Source: Fischerella sp. PCC 9605
GTDB lineage: Bacteria; Cyanobacteriota; Cyanobacteriia; Cyanobacteriales; Nostocaceae
Reading direction: 5' to 3'
Assembly (NCBI RefSeq): GCF_000517105.1
Contig: NZ_KI912148.1
Coordinates: forward strand, 2,418,448 to 2,482,447
DNA length: 64,000 nt
In this document: piece after piece, positions 42,427 to 52,387 of the stretch
Layout of the letters: the number at the start of each line of letters is the position of its first letter
How positions within the stretch are numbered: position 1 is the stretch's first letter
The notes under the pieces: generated by a model
Database searches by the model: none
Told to the model about the DNA's origin: nothing
The model's input: the letters and a program-made list of their open reading frames with translations, nothing else
Position numbers and translations under genes: made by a program

Positions 42427-43488
42427 CTAAGAGACTAACTCGCGCTCAGTTTTATTACTGTTTGCAGTGAAATGGGGTAATTGTAGGTCGCCAGAACTTC
42501 TAACTTTTCGGGCATAGCGATCGGTAATGTAATGGTTTAATTTCTTTTCTAGAGAAATTGCCCACTTCTCTAGCCACAGTGGATTCATCCCAAAGGTGAG
42601 GCGACGTAGCAGTGGTTTCAAGAATCCCTGATGGCGGCGGTGTCCCATGCGCTTGTAGCGCTTTTTGAAGTATTTGTCGTTCGTCATCAGATGCCATTTT
42701 TGGGCAAAGTGTTCTAAACTGGCGATTTCCCAAGCATCACTCCAGCGCAGCATAAAGAAGGCAAGTTCTGGTAATTCATACTTGAGTCCTGGTACGTAGG
42801 TGACAACTGAGGCGGGTTCGCAGTAAATCGTGCCTCCGGCATAGGTTACGGTCATGCAAAAATCAATATGCTCCCGCGTACTCAACAGTTCCTCATCTAA
42901 AAGCCCGATGCGGTCAAAAATTTCGGTGCGGACTAGCATACAGTGGAATTCGGCAAACTCGCACTGTTGACGATGCAATTGGTCGCGCACCTCAGTAATT
43001 TTGCGGTTTACGAAGTAGTGTTTTTCATGCACACGTCGTTTGACTTCATTATTTTCTTGTGTTTCGACAACGATGTGCGCTTCACCACCTGCCAGGTGAA
43101 TTGTCTCCCCCAAAGGCTTGCCAATACAGGTGAGGGGACAGACTACAGTTGCTTTTGTTTCTTCAGCACATTGCAATAAATGGTCTAGCCAACCTGGGGC
43201 GACAATCACATCATTATCAATAAACACTAAGTACTCGGTTCTAACTTGATGTAAAGCCAGATTACGGGCTTGGTTAGGTGAGAGGTAATACTCAGTGCGA
43301 ATTAAATCGAATTCTTTCTCTCGCGCCTGTTCCTCAAGATAGAGTTGGATGTGAGGGGGAGAATTGCCATCTACGTAAACCAGAGAGAAAGGTATCTGAG
43401 TGTGTTCGTAGATACTTTCCAATGATTGTTGAGTGTAGCTAAAACGTTCGCGTTGGGAAACTACTATGGTGACTTGTGGCTTGTTCAT
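42427..43488 (-). CDS. Glycosyltransferase family 2
   Basis: TIVVSQRERF ... VYVDGNS ... FIDNDV (DxD) is the GT-A fold signature. Confidence 0.8.
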   Translation of the reverse strand: MNKPQVTIVVSQRERFSYTQQSLESIYEHTQIPFSLVYVDGNSPPHIQLYLEEQAREKEFDLIRTEYYLSPNQARNLALHQVRTEYLVFIDNDVIVAPGWLDHLLQCAEETKATVVCPLTCIGKPLGETIHLAGGEAHIVVETQENNEVKRRVHEKHYFVNRKITEVRDQLHRQQCEFAEFHCMLVRTEIFDRIGLLDEELLSTREHIDFCMTVTYAGGTIYCEPASVVTYVPGLKYELPELAFFMLRWSDAWEIASLEHFAQKWHLMTNDKYFKKRYKRMGHRRHQGFLKPLLRRLTFGMNPLWLEKWAISLEKKLNHYITDRYARKVRSSGDLQLPHFTANSNKTERELVS

Positions 43489-43640
43489 AATTTTGTTGGT
43501 GGTTGATTGTTGTTTGTTGGTTGTTGTTGGTTAGTGGTTAGTAGTTAGTGGTTGTAGAGACGTGCCATGGCACGTCTGTACATTGGTTAGTAGTTAGTGG
43601 TTGGTAGTTAATACCCCATCTCCCCATCTCCCACTCCCCC
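43489..43640. repeat. Heptamer hairpin array with the 30 bp near-palindrome (copy 3) and CCCATCT/CCCACTC heptamers
   Basis: ggttagtggttagtagttagtggttgtagagacgtgccatggcacgtctgtacattggttagtagttagtggttggtagttaataccccatctccccatctcccactcccccactcc. Confidence 0.85.
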
Positions 43641-43664
43641 ACTCCTCTGCTTGGGCGTTGCAAG

Positions 43665-44945
43665 TCACTGATTTTGGTTTGCGCCTGTACCAAAGTAGGT
43701 ACTGTTAAAATTGTCAGCAGAGAAATTATTGTCGCCATAAAGGCGATGTACGATGTCTTTTTCGTATTCCCATGTCGTAAAAACTTTTTGGTAAACATTG
43801 ATCCAGTTTTGATGTTCTACGGATGGGTGAAGTTGCTGTTGTGCTTTTGTTTTTGCTGCTGCACCCAGCTTTTGCCGCAGTTGTGGTTGAGTTGCTAAAC
43901 ATCGCAGTGCTGCTTTGAGTTCTGTGGTACTACCGGGGTTAACTAGCAACCCGTTAACACCATCTTCAAGAATTTCACCAATAGCATCTACTTTGGTTCC
44001 AACAATCGCACAACCAGCTAGCATGGCTTCTAGCAGTGCATTTGGACAGCCATCAGTTAGTGAAGGAATAGCAAAAATATCCAATTTTGGGAGGTAGGCT
44101 AAAGCTTCTTGCCGACTGGTAATACCAGTAATGCAGAGACGAGAACCCAAATCACATTGTTTGATTTGTTGCTGCCAGTATTCCCGTTCTTTTTCAACAA
44201 AATCGCCAATCAATAACAGTGACAGATCTATTTCGTGACTCAACTCCTCACAGGCATCAAGGAGAAATTCTATTCCCTTCTTGTCGCGGAACCTGCCACT
44301 AGAACCGATAACAATACCCGGCAACTCTCTAACTAGAGGAGGGGTGAGGAGTTTGGCAAAATTGATAGGTGCGATCGAGTTCCAGAAAGCGGAAGATTTT
44401 AACTTCACACTTGGAACAATTACACTAGCTCTTTTCTGCAATTCTCGACTCACAAACGTCACCCAATTAGAATTTTCTAAAACCCACGCTATCTGAGCAT
44501 GATTTTTGGGATTAAAAATATGTTTGTGCAAGTCAGCACCGCGAACGCTATTGATGACTGGCACGTCATTTTCTTTTGCTAAAAGAGTTGTTACATAACC
44601 TGTCTCATTCATAAAAAAGGCATGAAACAAGTCAAAACTATACTTTTGATGCAGACATTTCAATTGAAAGTAAACATCACTAAAAAAGTCTTGAATTTCT
44701 TGCATTTCATCGCGCACAGCCGACTTAATCCGATGCACAAACACCCCATCCTGAAGGATTGTTTTGCAACTGGAACGCCTGCGGCTGTCATCACTAACTA
44801 ATCGTTGCTTTGAACGAAAAACCGCAACATGAATTTCATAACCACTATTAATTAACATTTGGGCAATACGATGCACTGACTCACCTACACCGCCAACATC
44901 TGGTGGATATTCCAATGTGGTAATGCAAATCTTTGTTTTAGTCAT
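43665..44945 (-). CDS. Glycosyltransferase family 4 (GT-B, group 1)
   Basis: N-terminal KICITTLEYPPDVGGVGESV and a C-terminal EGCPNALLEAMLAGCAIV (E-X7-E-like region). Confidence 0.8.
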   Translation of the reverse strand: MTKTKICITTLEYPPDVGGVGESVHRIAQMLINSGYEIHVAVFRSKQRLVSDDSRRRSSCKTILQDGVFVHRIKSAVRDEMQEIQDFFSDVYFQLKCLHQKYSFDLFHAFFMNETGYVTTLLAKENDVPVINSVRGADLHKHIFNPKNHAQIAWVLENSNWVTFVSRELQKRASVIVPSVKLKSSAFWNSIAPINFAKLLTPPLVRELPGIVIGSSGRFRDKKGIEFLLDACEELSHEIDLSLLLIGDFVEKEREYWQQQIKQCDLGSRLCITGITSRQEALAYLPKLDIFAIPSLTDGCPNALLEAMLAGCAIVGTKVDAIGEILEDGVNGLLVNPGSTTELKAALRCLATQPQLRQKLGAAAKTKAQQQLHPSVEHQNWINVYQKVFTTWEYEKDIVHRLYGDNNFSADNFNSTYFGTGANQNQ

Positions 44946-45087
44946 GATTTACTTTTCCTTATTTATATCCAAGCTCAGCTTTAGCTAAAACTAAGTACAA
45001 AATTCGCAAACTCGTAACGAATGCTCTTTGTAAAAACTCTGTAAGCCTCTGCGTTTTAAAAAAGCTACTCTTTTACGCAAATATCTA

Positions 45088-46272
45088 CTAAGCAACATTT
45101 TGCTTCCAAGCTAGATTTCTTAAAATTGCAGCCGTCTTTTCAACACCTTTAAAATCTAATTGAATCTTATTTGGTTGATTTTGTAAGTAATTAATTATCT
45201 TCCAAGCAAATACATCAGGTTGTAAATCTTGTTGTGAAATCACCTTGACAATTCCTAATTCACCTAGTTTTCTGGCTCTAATAGTTTGTTCTTGGTCATT
45301 ATTACCAGTAAAAGGAAGAATCATCGCTGGCACACCAGTTACTAAAACATTTAACGTAGTGTTGTAGCCAGACATGCTGATAGACAAATCTGCTTTTTGC
45401 ATGTAACTGAGCAAGTAAGGAGTAAAGCGACGAATACGGATCTTTTTGCTATATCCTGCCATTACTTGCAGTTCGTGAAATTTTGACTCTGGCATAAATG
45501 GGCCGGTGAAAACATGGATGTTGTGAGGTATTTTTTTCTCCAGGCAGGGTGCTGATTTCACTACACAATCTAGCAATTCATGACCAAATCTGCCTCCGCC
45601 TACACTAACTACAATCAAGGGTTGGTCAGAGTTGAGAATTTCTCTATCTTCATCCGTTAGGGCAGGATTGGTGGATGGTTTTTGTACCACATATCCGGTG
45701 TAATGTACTTCACAATTGAGGTCACTTACCCGAGAAAATGTTTCTTCTAAGGGCACAAATTTTGGATCGCCGTGAACCAGCAACAAATCAAAATATTGGT
45801 TGATTAGTTTACAGACTTTTTCTTCATGTCTTGCTTGATTTTGCTTGGTAACTACAATATCCCGCAGGCTGCAAACTACTTTGATGGGGCGTTCACTTGA
45901 TTGTGCCTTTTCTAATAAAGGAATTAATTCAAAAGAGAAGCGTCTTCTGCCAAAGGGAAACAATTCAATCATTAAAATATCTGGCTGGAATTGCTCCAAA
46001 ATCGACAGAAGTTGATTTTTCCTTATTTCTTGTACTTCCGTCAGTGTAAAGGCATCATCTACCACTTGCAGTTCTTGAAATTCTGAATCAGTTTTAATGG
46101 CTGGCAGGTTAATGACTTCAACACCTGGAGGAAATTGAAATTCTTTAATTACTTCACCGCCATTAATAAAACAAATTTGAAAGTCTTTAGTCAAACCGCG
46201 CACAATTTCCATGCTGCGAACTAAATGACCCATACCCAAAATATGCTGGCAGTAGAACATGAGTTTTTTCAT
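45088..46272 (-). CDS. GT-B glycosyltransferase, MurG/GT28-like (paralog A)
   Basis: N-terminal Gly-rich loop CQHILGMGHLVRS, and C-terminal SMSGYNTTLNVLVTGVPAMILP resembling the MurG C-terminal domain. Confidence 0.65.
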   Translation of the reverse strand: MKKLMFYCQHILGMGHLVRSMEIVRGLTKDFQICFINGGEVIKEFQFPPGVEVINLPAIKTDSEFQELQVVDDAFTLTEVQEIRKNQLLSILEQFQPDILMIELFPFGRRRFSFELIPLLEKAQSSERPIKVVCSLRDIVVTKQNQARHEEKVCKLINQYFDLLLVHGDPKFVPLEETFSRVSDLNCEVHYTGYVVQKPSTNPALTDEDREILNSDQPLIVVSVGGGRFGHELLDCVVKSAPCLEKKIPHNIHVFTGPFMPESKFHELQVMAGYSKKIRIRRFTPYLLSYMQKADLSISMSGYNTTLNVLVTGVPAMILPFTGNNDQEQTIRARKLGELGIVKVISQQDLQPDVFAWKIINYLQNQPNKIQLDFKGVEKTAAILRNLAWKQNVA

Positions 46273-46354
46273 AATGCTTATACCTCTTTATGGCTGCTAG
46301 ATTAATGCCTATTACTTATATATTTATTGGTCCAATTCCAATTAGATTGAACCA

Positions 46355-47602
46355 TCAACTATTTTGAACAGCTATTAATGAATGTGGTTGCGTAAGTTTG
46401 CAATACATAAATTGCGACTGAGCATTTGTGATTTTATCAGCTAACAAATTTCTAATCTGATGAGTAATTCTGGGTAGTCCTTCTAGGTCGATGGTGAAAT
46501 TCGCTTGATTATTTTCTAGTTGTTGCTGAAGTTCTTGTATTAAGGTAGTTGGTGTCAGATGTTCAGGATGAATTGCTTTAAACAAACCTAGTTGCTGCAT
46601 TTTTTGCGATCGCACAAATTGTTCTTGGGAGGGTTTGATTCGCGGTACAACCACAGCTGGTTTTCTTGCCGAAAGAATTTCACACACTGTGTTGTAACCA
46701 CCCATCGATACCACCGCATCCGCCGCTGTCATATAACTCATCAAGTCATCGGTAAATTCCTCGATCTGCACCTGCGGATGTGCTTTTGCTATTTGATATA
46801 ATGCCTGTTTTTGCTCTGTTGGCATCTCCGGGCCGCAAATAATCAGGCTTTTGATGCGATGTGTATCTGTCAGCAATTTCAGTCCTGTGAGATAGGTATC
46901 AATTAACTGATAACCGTCTTCACCTCCACCAGGCGTTACCAATACCAGTTGTTCATCAGTTGCTAGCTGTACCTCTTCCCGGATAGTATCGCGTTGCTTA
47001 TCTCCTGGTGGTTTGCGAATATATCCACAAAACTCTACTTTCTGTGCAACCGCAGCCGGAAACTGATATTCTTTGGGCAAATTAAATACCTCTGGCATTC
47101 CAACTACAAGCACCCGATCGTAGAATTTTTCTACAGCTTCGTAGTAGCTATGCTTGTGCCACTCTGCGATCGTTTTTTCTGGGGTGTCGAGAATATCTCT
47201 CAGTAGCAGTACGAAGCGGGTTTGTGGCAACTTTGCCTGCAAGTAATCTAAAGTGGGGGCAAGTTCATTTTGAATGCCGTAGGGCTTTTTATCTACTAGC
47301 ACCAGATCCGGCTTATAATTAATCGCTGCCGATAAAATCAGATCCGATCGCATCTTTACTGTTTCATTGATGTCTGTACCCAAGTATTTGACAGCGACAT
47401 TGCCTGTTTCTCCTCGGTTCAGACAGGGAAGCTTGATGTAATCAAGTCCTTTGGGTAGCCGAAAGCCTTGTAGTATCGGTGAACCAGACAGCAGCAAAAT
47501 GGAAAGATCGTCTATTTCACTTAGTAGGTGTTCGCAAATCGCCAGCATTCTGCGAATGTTGCCCAAACCGAATGCATCATGGGAATAAACTAGCAGTCTC
47601 AT
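46355..47602 (-). CDS. GT-B glycosyltransferase, MurG/GT28-like (paralog B)
   Basis: HDAFGLGNIRRM N-terminal loop and C-terminal VSMGGYNTVCEILSARKPAVVVP. Paralogous to 45088-46272. Confidence 0.65.
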   Translation of the reverse strand: MRLLVYSHDAFGLGNIRRMLAICEHLLSEIDDLSILLLSGSPILQGFRLPKGLDYIKLPCLNRGETGNVAVKYLGTDINETVKMRSDLILSAAINYKPDLVLVDKKPYGIQNELAPTLDYLQAKLPQTRFVLLLRDILDTPEKTIAEWHKHSYYEAVEKFYDRVLVVGMPEVFNLPKEYQFPAAVAQKVEFCGYIRKPPGDKQRDTIREEVQLATDEQLVLVTPGGGEDGYQLIDTYLTGLKLLTDTHRIKSLIICGPEMPTEQKQALYQIAKAHPQVQIEEFTDDLMSYMTAADAVVSMGGYNTVCEILSARKPAVVVPRIKPSQEQFVRSQKMQQLGLFKAIHPEHLTPTTLIQELQQQLENNQANFTIDLEGLPRITHQIRNLLADKITNAQSQFMYCKLTQPHSLIAVQNS

Positions 47603-47637
47603 CGTTCATATCCTCTTTGGTGCAGGTGCAAGAGATA

Positions 47638-49038
47638 CTAAGAAACCGCTAAGAGTTCATTAGTAACGGTTGGTAGCACAGAACTTGGTAGGAAAGCATT
47701 GCCTATGGTTGGGCGACCAATACCAACGTAGTAAAAACCAGCCCTTGCCATATCTTCTGGATTTAAGAAATTGCGACCATCAATCATTACAGGATTGGTC
47801 ATCAATTCAGCGAGTTTGGCATAGTCAAGGTTGCGGAACTGTTGCCAGTCTGTGATCAATACCAATGCATCACAGCCTTGTGCCAGTTGTTCTGGGTCAG
47901 TCACTAAAGTTACGTCCGCTTCTAGTTGGGAAATTATCGGATCGTAAGCTTTGACTTTAGCACCCAAGCGAGTTAATTCTTCCAGCAAATCCAGTGCGGG
48001 TGCATCGCGCAAGTCGTCTGTGTTGGGTTTGAAGGTCAAACCCAAAAAACCAATGGTTTTGCCTTTGAGAATTTTCAGGACTTGCTGAAGTTTTTCTACA
48101 GCCAGCAGCCGTTGACGTTTGTTGACGCTGACGGTGGTTTTTAGCAGTTGAGCATTATAACCGTAATCTTGGGCAGTATGAATTAATGCTGAAACATCCT
48201 TCGGAAAGCACGAGCCACCCCAGCCAATACCAGCTTGTAGAAACTTGTCTCCAATACGGGAGTCTAAACCAATACCTTTGGCAATTTGAGTAACATCAGC
48301 ACCAACGCGATCGCAGATGTTGGCTATTTCGTTAATAAAACTAATCTTGGTTGCCAGAAAAGCATTGGCAGCGTACTTAATCATCTCTGCGGATGCTAAG
48401 TCTGTGACTACCACTGGCACGGGAGGTAAAGATCCCTCAGTAGCAAGCTTGCGCTCGATAATTGGAGTGTAGAGTTCTTGCATCATGGCGATCGCTTTGG
48501 GGCTATTGCTACCCAGTACAATGCGATCGGGATAAAATGTGTCGTAAACTGCCGAACCTTCTCGAAGAAATTCGGGGTTACTGACAACATCAAAGCCTGT
48601 AATATCTTGCTGGCGATCGGCAACACCATCCATGACTATGCGCTGTACCCAATCCCCAGAACCAATCGGAACGGTAGACTTGTTGACAATGACTTTGTAA
48701 CCACCGTTGAGGTTACTGCCAATACCACGAGCAACGGCTTCTACATAACGAGTGTCACTCTCGCCACTGGGTAACGCTGGAGTACCAACAGCAATAAATA
48801 AAATCTCGCCATGTTCTACACCGAAAGCCAAATCTGTAGTGAATTGCAGCCTTCCCGCCTGCATATTGGACTGCATGATTTGTTCCAGTCCCGGTTCAAA
48901 AATGGGCGACTTTCCAGACTGCATTAATGAAACTTTGGCTGCGTTGTTGTCCACACAGATGACACTGTGTCCAATCTGTGCCAGACAAGCTCCAGTCACT
49001 AAGCCAACGTATCCAGTACCAATGACACAAACACGCAT
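47638..49038 (-). CDS. ugd: UDP-glucose 6-dehydrogenase
   Basis: MRVCVIGTGYVGLVTGACLA Rossmann motif, the catalytic Cys region GWGGSCFPKD, and the UDPG_MGDP_dh C-terminal domain. Confidence 0.85.
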   Translation of the reverse strand: MRVCVIGTGYVGLVTGACLAQIGHSVICVDNNAAKVSLMQSGKSPIFEPGLEQIMQSNMQAGRLQFTTDLAFGVEHGEILFIAVGTPALPSGESDTRYVEAVARGIGSNLNGGYKVIVNKSTVPIGSGDWVQRIVMDGVADRQQDITGFDVVSNPEFLREGSAVYDTFYPDRIVLGSNSPKAIAMMQELYTPIIERKLATEGSLPPVPVVVTDLASAEMIKYAANAFLATKISFINEIANICDRVGADVTQIAKGIGLDSRIGDKFLQAGIGWGGSCFPKDVSALIHTAQDYGYNAQLLKTTVSVNKRQRLLAVEKLQQVLKILKGKTIGFLGLTFKPNTDDLRDAPALDLLEELTRLGAKVKAYDPIISQLEADVTLVTDPEQLAQGCDALVLITDWQQFRNLDYAKLAELMTNPVMIDGRNFLNPEDMARAGFYYVGIGRPTIGNAFLPSSVLPTVTNELLAVS

Positions 49039-49184
49039 GGCGTCAACCCTCGAAAATGATCAAAAACTAATGAAGCTGTGAGAAACACATAAAATTAATT
49101 CCTCACCTATACATAGCTTCACAATTAGTGATGAATTCTAGGTGAATGTTTTATGAGAAGTTTTTCATCAAAAACGTTGTTATG

Positions 49185-49285
49185 TTAGTGGTTGTAGAGA
49201 CGTGCCATGGCACGTCTGTACATTGGTTAGTAGTTAGTGGTTAGTAGTTAATTACCAATAACTATTGACTATTGACTATTGACTA
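49185..49285. repeat. Heptamer hairpin array with the 30 bp near-palindrome (copy 4) and TATTGAC x4
   Basis: gttagtggttgtagagacgtgccatggcacgtctgtacattggttagtagttagtggttagtagttaattaccaataactattgactattgactattgactattgac. Confidence 0.85.
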
Positions 49286-49642
49286 TTGACCCAACTGTGC
49301 CTGAACTCTTGTTAAAAGTTCGCTGAAACTAAAGGGCTTAGTAATGTAGTCATTTGCACCAGCTGCTAGAGCGGCTGCCTTATCTCGCTCGTCATTGTTA
49401 GCAGTCACAATAATAATAGGTCGCTTTTCTCCTCGGCGTCGCAGTTCGCGCAATACTGTCCAACCATCTATTACTGGCAATCCTAAGTCAAGCAGTAATA
49501 AGTCAAAATCGCCAGTTTGAGCCATAAAAATTGCCTGCTCGCCGTCTGCTGCCACTTCAGTAGTAAAACCATTTTTGCGGAGTCCTTTTTCGACAAAGGC
49601 AGCGACGCGAACTTCATCTTCTACAATTAAAATTTGGCTCAT
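49283..49642 (-). CDS. Single-domain response regulator (CheY-like receiver)
   Basis: ILIVEDE ... DLLLLDLGLP ... with conserved Asp and Lys positions. No output domain. Confidence 0.8.
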   Translation of the reverse strand: MSQILIVEDEVRVAAFVEKGLRKNGFTTEVAADGEQAIFMAQTGDFDLLLLDLGLPVIDGWTVLRELRRRGEKRPIIIVTANNDERDKAAALAAGANDYITKPFSFSELLTRVQAQLGQ

Positions 49643-49778
49643 CTAAATTAAGATATCTCAGATGTGTCTCAAAATTTTAGCCAAAGTCTCAGACGATTTG
49701 GCCACCACCAATATATAGCCTTATGACTAAAACTGGATCTGATTATCAAAATAGATGATAGATATATATATATTATTT

Positions 49779-50447
49779 TTATGTTCGCAGTCGATAGCCC
49801 ATGCCTCTAACAGTTTCAATCAGGTTATTACCTAACTTTTTACGCAGATAACCTACATACACATCCACAATGTTAGAACCAGGGTTGTAATCAAAACCCC
49901 AGACTCTGTCCAGTAGTTGCTCTCGACTCAAAACTTGTCCTGGATGACGGAAAAATGTTTCTGCGAGAGTAAATTCTCGTGCTGGTAGGTCAATCATGCG
50001 ATCGCCTACTTTAATTTTACGAGTGCGTAAGTCCAGAGCGATGTTCCCAACTGTAAGGATCGTATCTTCTTTAGGCGAGCATAAATTAAGATTGCGTAAC
50101 CTTACCCGCACTCTTGCTAAGAGTTCTTCAAAGCGAAAAGGTTTAGTGACATAGTCGTCAGCACCAGCTTCTAATCCTGTTACCTTATCTTTAATGTCAT
50201 CACGGGCAGTCAAAATAATAATTGGCAATCGTTGACCCTGTCCGCGTAACTCTTCCAATACCTCTAAACCATCTTTTCCAGGTAATCCTAAATCCAAGAT
50301 CACCAGGTCAAATTCACCACTTTGAGTCATAAGTATCGTCTCATCCCCATCCGCAGCAATTGCAGTCGTATAGCCATGTGCACGCAAGCCTTTTTCTAAA
50401 AAGGAGGCTATACGAGGTTCATCTTCAGCGATGAGAATGCGATGCAT
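49779..50447 (-). CDS. OmpR-family response regulator (receiver + winged-helix)
   Basis: MHRILIAEDEP ... DLVILDLGLPGKDG ... and the C-terminal trans_reg_C domain (LTAREFTL ... GYRL). Start set at ATG 50447, which overlaps the kinase stop by about 20 nt. Confidence 0.85.
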   Translation of the reverse strand: MHRILIAEDEPRIASFLEKGLRAHGYTTAIAADGDETILMTQSGEFDLVILDLGLPGKDGLEVLEELRGQGQRLPIIILTARDDIKDKVTGLEAGADDYVTKPFRFEELLARVRVRLRNLNLCSPKEDTILTVGNIALDLRTRKIKVGDRMIDLPAREFTLAETFFRHPGQVLSREQLLDRVWGFDYNPGSNIVDVYVGYLRKKLGNNLIETVRGMGYRLRT

Positions 50448-51993
50448 CAGACAATCCCTCTTGTGGTGGTTCCACAGGTAAGATAATAGTAAAGGTTGAG
50501 CCAACTTGGCGTCGGCTGTATAGCTCTACCGATCCATGATGAGCTTCAGCGATCGCCTTAACAATTGATAATCCCAAACCAGCACCTTCCGAACGACGAC
50601 GGCTATTTGCTGCACGAGCAAAGCGTGCAAATATTCGTTGCTGGTCAGCTTCAACAATACCCTCTCCCGTATCTCGAACCCAGAAACGGATTTTATCTTT
50701 ACGTATCACAGATCCTATAGCTATGGTATCATTTTGTTCTGTGTACTGGGTAGCATTTTGTGCCAGATTCATCACTGCCTGAGTAAGCCGTTGGCGATCT
50801 ACTACAATCTTTCCTTTAGGAATGGCATCTAAGCGCCAGTTACGATTTGCCAACGCTTGTGCCTTGGCAAATAACTCTTGTGTCAGCGAGCCTGCATCAA
50901 CAGTTTCTAACAGTAAAAAGTCTGGACGTTCCGCTTTCGCCAGTAAAATCAAATCTTCCACAAATCGACTCATGCGGCCTAACTCGTCCATTACCAGTGC
51001 TACCGTTTCCCGCACTTCTTCTGGGTCATCATCACTCATTAATTCCAAGTGTCCCCGAATGATAGTGATTGGCGTACGCAGTTCGTGTCCAGCATCGTTG
51101 ATAAAGTTACGTTGACTTGTAAATGCAGCTTGCAAGCGATCCATCATTTCGTTAAAGGTAGTCGCTAATTCTGCTATCTCGCCCTTTCCTCGAACTGGTA
51201 AGCGCTGATTCAAGTCGGATTCGCTAATGGAACGAGCGGTTACTGACAGCAAGCGCAAGGGAGCTAGAATCCGTCCTGAGGCTATCCAAACCAGTATCAG
51301 AGCTAGTAGCAGAAGAACACTACTTACCTGAATGCTGACGATAACCGCTTCTAGAGCTTCTCCACGCTCACCAGCCGTGGTATGGGCAACTACAAATACC
51401 CCCAGAATTTCTCCATCCCTTTTGACAGGTTGCGTTACATAAATTATGGTATCTATGGTGCTATCATTTGCAACACGTTTCTCATCTTGTTCGGGTTGAG
51501 TTTGTCTTGCCCAACGCCGCATTAACTTTGAATCTTTCGCCAGTGGATCTGGTCTAGCACTGGGACTTGATTTATAAAATTTTCCATCTACAAAGGCAAT
51601 CAGGTGGGTATCATCTTCTGGTAACTGGCGAGATAGAAAAACATCAAAAAAGTCTTTCAGTTCTTCCTTAGAGGATGGTGGTTTGAGCTGCTCATCTATT
51701 TCGATATTTCCAAACTCTTCTGTCTGGTTCCTGAGTTTGGCGTTTTCTTCAGCATCAATTAATTGCTTAAATGTACCCATCTTTTCCGCCAGTTCCCGGC
51801 GGACTCGTTCATCCACCCGTGCATACAGAACGTGACGAAACGCTGGGATAGAGACTAAAAAGATGAAGGTCATAATCAGGACGTACCAGAAGAGGATGCG
51901 GGTACGAGCTTCCCAGAAGAATCCCCTACTATGAAGAGAAGACTTGCTTTTCCCTGTATTTGCCTCTTTACTTCTGTTCAAAGTCCTTTGCAT
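50425..51993 (-). CDS. Sensor histidine kinase (TM - periplasmic - TM - HAMP - HisKA - HATPase_c)
   Basis: H-box AGHELRTPIT, N-box QNATQYT, and the G-boxes DTGEGI / GAGLGLSIV. Confidence 0.85.
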   Translation of the reverse strand: MQRTLNRSKEANTGKSKSSLHSRGFFWEARTRILFWYVLIMTFIFLVSIPAFRHVLYARVDERVRRELAEKMGTFKQLIDAEENAKLRNQTEEFGNIEIDEQLKPPSSKEELKDFFDVFLSRQLPEDDTHLIAFVDGKFYKSSPSARPDPLAKDSKLMRRWARQTQPEQDEKRVANDSTIDTIIYVTQPVKRDGEILGVFVVAHTTAGERGEALEAVIVSIQVSSVLLLLALILVWIASGRILAPLRLLSVTARSISESDLNQRLPVRGKGEIAELATTFNEMMDRLQAAFTSQRNFINDAGHELRTPITIIRGHLELMSDDDPEEVRETVALVMDELGRMSRFVEDLILLAKAERPDFLLLETVDAGSLTQELFAKAQALANRNWRLDAIPKGKIVVDRQRLTQAVMNLAQNATQYTEQNDTIAIGSVIRKDKIRFWVRDTGEGIVEADQQRIFARFARAANSRRRSEGAGLGLSIVKAIAEAHHGSVELYSRRQVGSTFTIILPVEPPQEGLSDASHSHR

Positions 51994-52387
51994 TACCCGA
52001 TAACAAAACTTAGATTCCTGTTATGCCAAAATTGAAAAAAAATAGAGCTTTGAGCCTATTTGCCAATTGTATAGACTGACAGAAGAGTTCAATGCCTTTA
52101 ACTTATGTAGGATTAGTTGTTATTAATTTTGTCATAACAAAAGTGACAAAACAGGGTTAAAGTTGATTACTGTTTGATGGTTATTAAGTCACGCTCAGGG
52201 GAATTGCTACAAATTTATTAGGTAAGTTTCATACCTTGGATAGAGGCAATTTTCAAAAATATTTGTAAAAACGCAAACTAAATTTACAAATCTTGCCAAT
52301 ATCCTTAATATTATTAAATAAAGGTATAACACAACTTATCTTCACTACCCCAAGTTGAATTTGCAAACCCATACCAAATATTTGCTT

